64,000 bases of DNA from an uncultured Acidimicrobiia bacterium. GTDB lineage: Bacteria; Actinomycetota; Acidimicrobiia; Acidimicrobiales; Ilumatobacteraceae. The notes beneath the pieces are model-generated. The model was not told the DNA's origin. It did not search any database and worked only from the letters and a program-made list of their open reading frames with translations. Positions 39,211 to 47,830 of this stretch are shown in pieces (the stretch's first letter is position 1; each line of letters starts with the position of its first letter). Location: assembly GCA_963749315.1 (NCBI GenBank), contig CAVVMS010000007.1, positions 18,153 to 82,152 on the forward strand, read 5' to 3'. The translations under genes and the position numbers were made by a program.

Positions 39211-39947
39211 CGGTTCCTCCCGGCAGGTGCTCCTCGAGCAGTGCGTTGACCACGCCGGGCACCTCCCAGCACGCCAGGTGGGCGCCGTCGACGACCTCGA
39301 AGCGGGCGCCGTCGATCAGCGAGGCGATCAGCTCACCGTGCTCGGGCGGTGTCGCCGGGTCCGCCGATCCGGCGATCACCAGCGTCGGTGCGGCGATGCT
39401 CGCCAGGCCGTCGCGCAGGTCCATCGCGGCGATCGCCTCGCAGCAGGACGCGTACCCCTCGCGGTCGGTCGACGCCACCATCGACTCCAGCTCGGCGACC
39501 TCATCGGGGTGCTGCGCGGCGTAGGCGGGTGTCAGCCATCGCCCGACGACGGCTGCAGCGACCGCGCCCGCACCCTCGGCACGCACGGTGGCCGCCCGCT
39601 CGTGCCACGCCGACGCCGGCCCGAGGTGCGCCGACGTACAGAGCAGCGCCAGCCGCTCGACCCGCGCCGGATGCTCGATCGCCATCGCCATGGCGACCAT
39701 CGCCCCGATCGACAGGCCGATCACGTCTGCGACGGCGACCTCGAGTCGATCCAGCTCGTCGATCACGGTCGCGGCGAGCCCCGAGATCGAGTACGGACCG
39801 ACCGGCGCAGGAGTGCCGCCGTGACCGGGATGATCGATGAGGATGCAACGACGGGTTTCCGCCATTTCCACCAGCTGCCGATCCCACATGTGCGTGTTGC
39901 TGCCCAGCGAGCCGAGCCACACGCGCGTGGCGGAGCTGCGCGCTCAC
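39203..39947 (-). CDS. pcaD: 3-oxoadipate enol-lactonase (alpha/beta hydrolase); start uncertain (in-frame GTG at 39922, or GTG at 39947 with a frame change)
   Basis: ORF 39203..39922. Contains GSLGSNTHMWDRQ...VIGLSIGAMVAMAMA...GHLACWE. Sits between pcaB and pcaC. Confidence 0.75.
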
Positions 39948-41055
39948 GACGCTGCTGCTCTGCGGCTCCTGGCCAGGTTCTCGGCCATCCGCTCCGGGTG
40001 CACCACGAGCCGCCCGAGGCTGGTGCGCAGCCAGTCGACCGCCGATCCGGTCGTCCGCAGGAGCTGGTTCAGCGCCGGCCACTCGGCGTGCCACGCGCCG
40101 GCTGCCCGCTCCAGCTCGTGGCCGCCTGCGGCGTGGAGGAGCGTGGCGACCAGACCGGGTGCCTGCATCGCCGCGGCCCGGGCGCAGATGGCGGCGATCG
40201 GGTTGCGCTTGTGGGCCATCGATGACGAGCCGCCCGCACCCTCGGCGACCTCGGACAGCTCGCCGACGTCGCTCTGGGCGAGCAGGACGATGTCCAGTCC
40301 GACCTTGGCCACGGCGGATGCCGCCAGGCCCCAGGCTCCGGCGATCACCGCCGTCGTCGCCCGCTGGGTGTGGCCCGGCGTCGGCGTGGGCTGCAGGTCG
40401 AGGCGCTGTGCGAAGCGCTCCACGATCGTCGCCCGGTGCTCACCGAACGAGCTGCCGTCGCCGCTCGGGCCACCGAGGGTGACCGGCGTGGGCGCCTCGA
40501 GGAGCGCACGCGACGCCTCGCCGAGGCCGTGCCGCCAACGCGACGTCACGGTGCCGAACGTCGTCGGCAGCGCGTGCTGGCCGAGCGTCCTGGCGATCAT
40601 CGGCTCGCTGCCGTGACGCGTGTCGAGCTCGCCGACGACCTTGCCGGCATCGAGCAGGCCGTCGCTCACGATGCGCAGCGCACCTGCGGACCACGACGAG
40701 CGTCGCCGCGTCGAGGATGTCCTGACTCGTCGCACCGCGATGGACGAACTCGGCGGCCGGCGCGCCGGCGAGGTCGCGGAGGCGGGGCACGAGCGGGATC
40801 ACCGGGTTGCCGCCGGCAGCCGCCGCCTCGAAGATCGCGGCGACGTCGAAGCGCTCGACGCTGGCAGACGCCGGCGATCGCTGCAGCCGCCTCGGCCGGG
40901 ATGTCGCCGGCGTCGGCTGAGGCGGCCGCCAGGGCCGCCTCGGCATCGAGCAGTGCCTGCAGCCATGCCGAACCGGATGTCGCCTCCACGACCGGCCCGC
41001 GGGCGACGAGGAAGCCGAACGGCTCGACGTCAGATGGCGAAGAAGACGGACTCAT
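39944..41055 (-). CDS. pcaB: 3-carboxy-cis,cis-muconate cycloisomerase (fumarate-lyase superfamily); frame changes
   Basis: ORFs 40666..41055 (N-terminus), 40440..40946 (FVHRGATSQDILD) and 39944..40735 (GSSSMAHKRNP...). Confidence 0.8.
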
Positions 41056-41539
41056 CGTCGCCTTGCAGCCGGATGTCGAACCGGTAGCCGTCGGCCGGTG
41101 TGCCCTCGGCGAGCAGCAAGCGGCGACGGTCGGGGTCGACGACGGCGAGCGTCGGATCGGCGTCGTTGGCCACGTGTTCGTCGGCGAAGTAGATCCGCGT
41201 CACGACGCGGTCGAGCAGGCCACGTGCGAAGACCGACACGGCGAGGTGTGGCGCCTGCTGCGTGCCGTCGCGTGTGGCGGCAGGCGGTGGCTTGACGGTG
41301 TGGATGCGCCACGTGCCCGTGTCGTCGGTGGCGCAGCGCCCGAGGTGGCCGTCGACCTGCCAGGTCTCGACGAGGGCGTCGGCGATCGGTGCGCCCTCAC
41401 CGTCGAGCACGACACCGCTGATCGTGATCGCCTCCGGCGTACCTTCCGGCACCGCCCAGCACCCGGCGGGATCGCCGAGGGCGATGTGCAGGAACGGGCC
41501 GACCGTCTGGCTCGGCGTGGCGCCGAGGTGCTCAGCCAT
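41030..41539 (-). CDS. pcaG: Protocatechuate 3,4-dioxygenase alpha subunit
   Basis: ORF 41030..41539, intact. Contains TPSQTVGPFLHIAL...APHLAVSVFARGLL..RVVTRIYF. Confidence 0.85.
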   Translation of the reverse strand: MAEHLGATPSQTVGPFLHIALGDPAGCWAVPEGTPEAITISGVVLDGEGAPIADALVETWQVDGHLGRCATDDTGTWRIHTVKPPPAATRDGTQQAPHLAVSVFARGLLDRVVTRIYFADEHVANDADPTLAVVDPDRRRLLLAEGTPADGYRFDIRLQGDDESVFFAI

Positions 41540-42275
41540 CCGCCGGCGCCTCGAACGGCGTGCGGCCCGGACCGCGCAGCACGATGTCGAACCGATAGCC
41601 GAGCGCCCACTCGGGCTGGGTCACGTCGTGGTCGTAGCTGGCGATGAGGCGCTGGCGGGCGGCGGGGTCGGGGATCGAGTTGAAGATCGGGTCCTGGAAG
41701 AACAGCGGGTCACCCGGGAAGTACATCTGGGTGATCAGTCGTTGCGTGAACGAACGGCCGAACAGCGAGAAGTGGATGTGCGCCGGGCGCCACGCGTTGT
41801 GGTGGTTCCCCCACGGGTAGGCGCCGGGGTGGATGGTGGTGAACGAGTAGCGGCCGTCGGGCCCGGTGATCGCGCGGCCACCGCCGGCGAAGTTCGGATC
41901 GAGCGTGCCGGGCCACTGGTCGTTGCGGTGGCGGTAGCGGCCCGATGCGTTCGCCTGCCAGATCTCGACGAGCGTCGACGGGATCGGACGACCACCGGTG
42001 TCGAGCACGCGGCCGGAGACGACGATGCGCTGCCCGACGGCCTCGCCGGTCGGACCGATCGTGAGGTCGCTGTCGGCGGCGACGACGTCGTCGTCGCCCC
42101 ACACCGGGCCGGTGAGCTCGGTGGCGTCGGCCTTGGCCGGGTCGAGGCGGACGGGCGCGGTGGTCGGATGGCGCAGGCCGGTGGAGCGGTACTCCGGTGA
42201 GTCGAGCGGCGGATGCGTTCCGGGCGGTGGCGGAGCGAACTGGTCCCACAGATCCGACGAGGTCGTGAGCGGCAC
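41532..42275 (-). CDS. pcaH: Protocatechuate 3,4-dioxygenase beta subunit
   Basis: ORF 41532..42275, intact. Contains VEIWQANASGRYRH...YPWGNHHNAWRPAHIHFSLFG. Confidence 0.9.
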   Translation of the reverse strand: MPLTTSSDLWDQFAPPPPGTHPPLDSPEYRSTGLRHPTTAPVRLDPAKADATELTGPVWGDDDVVAADSDLTIGPTGEAVGQRIVVSGRVLDTGGRPIPSTLVEIWQANASGRYRHRNDQWPGTLDPNFAGGGRAITGPDGRYSFTTIHPGAYPWGNHHNAWRPAHIHFSLFGRSFTQRLITQMYFPGDPLFFQDPIFNSIPDPAARQRLIASYDHDVTQPEWALGYRFDIVLRGPGRTPFEAPADG

Positions 42276-42298
42276 ACGCCCATCATGGCGCGGTCGTA

Positions 42299-43066
42299 AT
42301 GTCCGGCGGGATGACGGAGAGCTACGAGGAGCGCCACGCCCGCGCCGCTGACACGTTCACGGTGTTCGTCCCCGACGTCGACCCGGAGCGCGTGTCGGCC
42401 TCGTTGCAACGTCGCCTCGGTGCGCTCGGCGGCTTCGCCTTCGACGTCGTCGGCGAGATGTGGGCCCGGCCGGAGCTGTCGCGCCGAGACCGCTCGTTGA
42501 TCGTCGTGTCGACACTGGCTGCACAAGCTCGGGACGAGGAGCTCGAGCTGCACACCGAGATCGCCGTTCGCAACGGGCTCACCCGTGTCGAGATCGAAGA
42601 GATCGTCGTCACCGTGGCCGCCTACGCCGGCTTCCCGGCGGCGATGCACGCCAGCCGGCGCGTCGACGCCGGATTGCGTGCCGCGGAGGGGGTCGAGCAG
42701 CTGAGCGACCGGCGCGGCGCCGCCCCCAAGTCCGATGCGCAGCGCGACGCCGATGCGGCCGACGTTTCGAGCGTGCTGCCGGGCGACGCGGCCGAGTTCG
42801 GCGGTGTCGGCGAGGTGGCCTCGCGGTGGGTGCGCGGGGAGGTGTGGGCTCGTCCCGAGCTGACGCGACGAGACCGCTCGCTGGCCGTCATCGCCATCCT
42901 CACCGCGCTCGGGGTGGACGACCTGGCCGTGCACGTCCCGGCCGGCATCGGCCACGGCCTCTCGCGGGAGGAGATCGAGGCCGCCATCACCCATCTCACG
43001 CTGTACGCCGGGCTGCCGCTGGCTGCCCAGGCCATGCGGACAGCGCGCGCGGCGCTGGACACGTGA
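42299..43066 (+). CDS. Tandem carboxymuconolactone-decarboxylase (CMD/AhpD-like) domain protein
   Basis: ORF 42299..43066. The module WARPELSRRDRSL...GL(T/S)R.EIEE...YAG.P occurs twice. Confidence 0.75.
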   Translation: MSGGMTESYEERHARAADTFTVFVPDVDPERVSASLQRRLGALGGFAFDVVGEMWARPELSRRDRSLIVVSTLAAQARDEELELHTEIAVRNGLTRVEIEEIVVTVAAYAGFPAAMHASRRVDAGLRAAEGVEQLSDRRGAAPKSDAQRDADAADVSSVLPGDAAEFGGVGEVASRWVRGEVWARPELTRRDRSLAVIAILTALGVDDLAVHVPAGIGHGLSREEIEAAITHLTLYAGLPLAAQAMRTARAALDT

Positions 43067-44169
43067 CCGCCAGCCGGTCTCGTCCTCACGGCCCCGCGCC
43101 GGTTCGAGCTGCGCCGCTTCGACATTCCCGACATCGGCGAGGACGACGGGCTGCTGCGCATCGAGGCGTGCGGGCTGTGCGGCACGGACCACGAGCAGTA
43201 CACCGGGCACATCCCCTCGCGACACGCGTTCATCCCTGGCCACGAGGTCATCGGCACCGTCGAGCAGGTCGGTGCCACGGGCAGCCGTGCGGTGGGGCGT
43301 GCAAGCCGGACAGCGAGTCGCCGTCGAGGTGTTCCAGTCGTGCCGCGACTGCGACGCGTGCCGCGCGGGTGTCTACCGTCGTTGCACGCGCAACGGGCTG
43401 GCGACGATGATCGGGTTCGTCGACGTCGAGCGCCCGCCAGGGCTGTGGGGCGGCTACGCCACGCACCTCTACCTCGGACCGGACTCGATGCTGCTGCCGG
43501 TGCCGGACGGTCTCGATCCGCCGCTGGCCACGATGTTCAACCCGCTCGGCGCCGGCATCCGTTGGGCCGTCGACCTCCCCGGCACGAAGCAGGGTGACGT
43601 GGTCGCCGTCCTCGGCCCCGGCGTCCGCGGTCTCTGCGCCGCAGCGGCGGCCCACGACGCCGGCGCAGGGTTCGTCATGATCACCGGCCACGGGCCACGC
43701 GACGCAGGCAGGCTCGCCCGCGCCGCCGACTTCGGTGCCGACCTGGCCGTCGACGTGGCGGTCGACGATCCGGTCGGCCGCGCTGCGCGGCGCCACCGGC
43801 GGCCTCGCCGACGTCGTCGTCGACGTCACCGCCAAGGCGCCGGCCGCGTTCGCCCAGGCCATCTCGCTCGCCCGCCCGGGTGGCACGGTCGTGGTCGCCG
43901 GGACCCGGGGCACGCCGGACGCACCCGGCTTCGCCCCCGACCACATCGTCTACAAGGAGCTGCGCGTGCTCGGCGCGCTCGGCGTCGACGTCACCGCGTA
44001 CCGCCCGGCGCTGGACATGCTGGCCGGCGCCCGCTACCCGTTCGCCGACCTGCCGCGAGAGGCCGTCGGGTTCACCGGACTCGAAGCGCTCGTCCGCCGC
44101 ATGGCCGGCGAGGGCGACGGTGCGCCACCGCCGGTCCACGCCGTCTTCACGCCGGAGGAGGAACCGTGA
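43063..44169 (+). CDS. Zinc-type alcohol dehydrogenase (MDR) family oxidoreductase; about 3 frame changes
   Basis: Hand translation gives LRIEACGLCGTDHEQY...GHEVIGTVEQVG. ORF 43272.. carries CRDCDACRAG and VLGPGVRGL. The C-terminus is in ORF 43735..44169. Confidence 0.75.
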
Positions 44170-44609
44170 TCCGCCCCACGTTCGACAGCTACGACGAGGC
44201 GTGGGCGGCACGGGTCGTCGGGGCGCGGTCCAAGCGGGGCATCGACGGGTACCTCGGCCTCGTCGTCACCGAGATGGCGCCGGGCCGGCTGGTGGCCGAG
44301 ATGGAGGTCACGCCCGAACTGATCACGGCGATGGGCACGATGCACGGCGGCTGCCTGTCGGCGATGTGCGATCACGTGCTCGGCGTGGTGATGTACCCGG
44401 TGATGCCGCCGGGCTCTTGGGCGGCCACGACGGAGTTCAAGATCAACCTGCTGGCGCCGGTGACGACGGGCGTGTGCCGTGCGACAAGCGAGATCATCGC
44501 CATGAGCAAGCGGCTGGCGGTCGTGCGCGTGGAGATCGAGAACGAGGGCCGCCTCGTCGCCGCCGCCCAGGGAACGTGCACGATCGTCGCCCCGAAGGGC
44601 GACCGTTAG
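44166..44609 (+). CDS. PaaI-family hotdog-fold thioesterase
   Basis: Tail of ORF 43272..44609 from the GTG at 44166. Contains GTMHGGCLSAMCDHVLG...TEFKINLLAP. Confidence 0.75.
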   Translation: MIRPTFDSYDEAWAARVVGARSKRGIDGYLGLVVTEMAPGRLVAEMEVTPELITAMGTMHGGCLSAMCDHVLGVVMYPVMPPGSWAATTEFKINLLAPVTTGVCRATSEIIAMSKRLAVVRVEIENEGRLVAAAQGTCTIVAPKGDR

Positions 44610-44773
44610 GACTCGCTGCGCACGGTCGCTGCCTCGGGGTCACCGGCGGCCATGCCGTCCTTGAACTCCTTCTGCGCCCGCCCGAGGTTCTTGGCCAGCT
44701 TCGGCAGCTGCGAGCCGCCGAAGATGACCAGCACGACGGCGAGGACGATGAACCATTCGGGACCGGCTGGCAT
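44606..44773 (-). CDS. tatA: Twin-arginine translocase subunit TatA/E
   Basis: ORF 44606..44875 from MPAGPEWFIVLAVVLVIFGGSQLPKLAKNLGRAQKEFKDG (ATG 44773). Confidence 0.85.
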   Translation of the reverse strand: MPAGPEWFIVLAVVLVIFGGSQLPKLAKNLGRAQKEFKDGMAAGDPEAATVRSES

Positions 44774-44912
44774 GACGTGACCTCGTAGTTGCTCGATGGT
44801 GGTCGGTGCGCCTGGTTCGGAGACGACGCCCGCACGGATGCCCGGCGGCCGCCGGCCCCCCTCGCCAGGCGTCACGGTAGGGAGCGACCGCCTGACACTA
44901 CGGTCGCCCGTC

Positions 44913-45117
44913 GTGGCGAGGACCGGGACGACTCGGCTGGCGCCGGCTCGGTCGGCGCGAGGAGTGGCTGTGGTACCTGCTGGCGGGCGCCAGCTACATC
45001 GTGCTCGGCATCTGGCACAAGTGGCTGCTCAACTGGTTCGTCGGTCCGGTCTGGCTCGTCACCATCATCGTCGTCGGACCGTGGATCGCGGATCGTGTTC
45101 GCGGCGCTCGGCGATGA
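44913..45117 (+). CDS. Possible small 2-TM membrane protein; start unresolved
   Basis: Hand translation in frame 1: ...EEWLWYLLAGASYIVLGIWHKWLLNWFVGPVWLVTIIVVGPWIADRVRGARR*. This frame has no canonical start. The GTG at 44913 is in another frame. Confidence 0.25.
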
Positions 45118-45126
45118 GGCGAGCGC

Positions 45127-46045
45127 ATGAGCTGGGCGGCGCACCAGTTCGAGGTCTACGCCGTGCAGGCCCACCTGCCGAAGAAGATGCTGCGGCAAGG
45201 TCAGCTTCTCGGCATCTTCCTCGGCGACTTCACGCCGGACTTCCTGTCCAAGTTCTGGGTCTACGGCATCACGATCGGCGACACGCACTACGGCGCCGAC
45301 ATCCCGCACCAGTGGCACCGCGGCTGGCCCGGCATGGGGTTCACCCACACGCTGTTCGCGGGCATCGTGCTGTCCGCCGGCGTTCTGGCTGTGGAAGCGC
45401 AACCGGGCCTTCACCGTCGGCTTCCTGCTCGGCTACGCCGCTCACGCCCTGACCGACGTCAACGACTCCGTCGGCACGATGCTGCTGTTCCCGTTCACGA
45501 CGTTGAACTGGACGCTGGAGACGTGGGCCTACGCGGCGACGATCGGCGGCGGCAAGTACCTCGACGCCGCCGCCTACTACTCGAGCCTCGGGCTGGTGAT
45601 GGACCTGTTCTGGCTGGCGGTCGTGCTGGTCTCGTGGCGGGTGCTGACCCGGGAGTACTGGCGCACGCAGATCGTGCCGGCCGACCCGACGTGTGGGCGT
45701 GGTTCGGCCGGTGGCTCCCCGAGCGGGGCCTCGTCGCGCTCTACCGGGCGACGTTCTTCTACGGCGTGTGCCGCCTGATCGCCTGGTCGACGTGGGCACA
45801 CGTCGTGGCCCGGCCGGTGATCGACGGCGTCGAACGCGTCGGCTACCCGCTCGACCTGTCGTGGACCGGTCCGTGGTGGATCACGGCGCGCTCGTTGCCC
45901 ACGTCAACCCGTGGATCGTCGCCCCGGTGACGCTGGGCTGCTGGGCTGGTCTACTGGGCGGTGAGCAAGCTGTGGGAGCCGATGGGCCGGGCGGAGCACG
46001 CCAAGCGTGACGCCAGCGGATCGGTGCCGCTGAGCGTGGCGACCT
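45127..46045 (+). CDS. Membrane-bound metal-dependent hydrolase (DUF457/YdjM-like); at least 4 frame changes; 3' end unresolved
   Basis: ORF 45127..45930 N-terminus, then hand-translated LGYAAHALTDVNDSVGT, then ORF 45479..45778 (MLLFPFTTLNW...). The later pieces are in three different frames. Confidence 0.45.
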
Positions 46046-46244
46046 GGCCGCCGCCTCGACCCGCGGGTCGAGGATCGCCACGGCGTCGAGGTCGAGGCGG
46101 CGAGGAAGGCGACCGTGCGTGCGTCGCGTGCCGGGATCGGGAGCGTCGACAGCCCGAGCTGGCGAGCGCCCGGTGCACGGGTCCTTGGTGACGTAGCCGA
46201 GGAAGATCGTTTGGGTGATCGCCGCTCAGCGGTGCTCAGGCAGT

Positions 46245-46555
46245 TCATGCACACGCCGCGATCGTACCGACGAACGGCCGACAGGACGGCCGCTTCCGGA
46301 CCCCGGGTTGCGCAGCGAGCGCAGCGCTCACCCTTGAGCCAGAGCACGGCGCCGCGGCCGACGTGGACGTGCCGCCGTGGCGACCCACCAGTTCGACCTC
46401 GCCCTCCTCGACGACGACGATGGCGTCGGCAAGCTCGGCTCCGACGGCGAGCTCGCCTCGCGCCGGCACGATGACCTCGACCCGCTCGAACGGCGGGCGG
46501 ATCACCAGGGCTCGGAGGCTGAACGGCTCGATGCGACTGCTGACGTCGAACGCGG
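46245..46555 (-). CDS. Small beta-barrel (cupin / cNMP-binding-like) protein; frame-disrupted; identity uncertain. It may continue to about 45951.
   Basis: ORF 46245..46505 plus an in-frame upstream extension: ...FSLRALVIRPPFERVEVIVPARGELAVGAELADAIVVVEEGEVELV... High-GC3 minus-strand segments continue down to about 46050. Confidence 0.25.
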
Positions 46556-46579
46556 CGTCAGCTCATCGTTCGCCGTCGC

Positions 46580-47823
46580 TCATTCGAGCGTGGCGTAGGT
46601 GGTGGCCCGGTCGCCGGCGCGTGCCGCGCCCACCTCGGCGACGCACGCGGCCAGGTCGACGAGGTAGTCGTCGATCACGCCGACGTTGGAGTTGCTGACC
46701 GTCGCGTGCAAGCGAGTCGGGCGGCCCTTGGCGGTCGAGGTACCAGCCGCGCGACCGCAACGCGTCGCCGACGGCGAAGACGTCGATGGGCGGCTCAGCC
46801 GGTCATGGCGACGATGTGCCACTGCCCGTCTCCGAGCACGCCGACGCCATCGAGCGCGGTGATGCCGGCCCGCATCCGGTCGGCGGCGTCGAGCACGCCG
46901 CGCGTCAGCTCGACGTAGCCGTCGATGCCGAGGTGCTGCATCACGGCCCACGCCGCCGCCATCGGCAGGCCGGACCGGGAGCCCTGCAGGTTCGGCGAGG
47001 CGTAGAAGCCGCCCAGCCAGCGGTCGAACACGAAGGTCTGGTAGCGTCCGCAGCTGCTTGGTGCGGTGGACGATGACCGACACGCCCTTCGGGGCGTAGC
47101 CGAGCTTGTGGATGTCGGCGGAGATCGAGTGCACCCCGTCGACACGGAAGTCCCAGGGCGGCACGTCGCGCTCCAGCAGCTCGGCGAACGGGAGGACGAA
47201 GCCGCCCATGCACGCGTCGACGTGACAGTTGGCGTCGACCGACGCGGCCAGGGCGGCGATCTCGGGGATCGGGTCGACGACGCCCTGCGGGTACTGCGGC
47301 GCCGAACCGACGACGAGCACCGTGTTCGGGCCGACGGCGTCGGCCATCGCGTCGACGTCGGCGGTCCAGTCGTCGCCAACCGGTGTCGTGACGATGCGCA
47401 TGCCGAACAGGTGCGCCGACTTGTGGAAGGCGGCGTGGGCGCTCTCGGCGACGACGATCTCCGGCGCGGTGACTCCGCGCTCGATGCGTCCACGCTCGCG
47501 GGCGGCGAGGACGGCGCACTGGATCGACTCCGTGCCGCCGCTCGTCAGGAAGCCGGCGGCCGTGTCGGGGCCGTGCAGCAGCCCCGCCGTCCAGCCGACG
47601 ACCTCCGACTGGATCTGCCCGAGCGACGGGAAGGCCATCGTGTTCAGCGCGTTCTCGTGCAGGAACAGGCGGGCGGCCTGCTCGGCGACGTCGTGGACCG
47701 ACGGCCCGCCGTCGTAGACGAGGCTGAACGCTCGGCCCTCCGCCCACCTCACGTCGTCGCGACGCTTCTCCCGCAGCTCGGCGATGACCTCGTCGACCGG
47801 CCGTCCCCGTGCGGCAGCTGCAT
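46580..47823 (-). CDS. Group II PLP-dependent decarboxylase (sphingosine-1-phosphate-lyase / glutamate-decarboxylase-like); frame changes
   Basis: ORF 46580..47752 (FLTSGGTESIQCAVLAARE...SISADIHKLGYAPKG). ORF 46795..47493 supplies the middle. The start is ATG 47823 (MQLP..) in another frame. Confidence 0.75.
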
Positions 47824-47830
47824 CGCCGGA

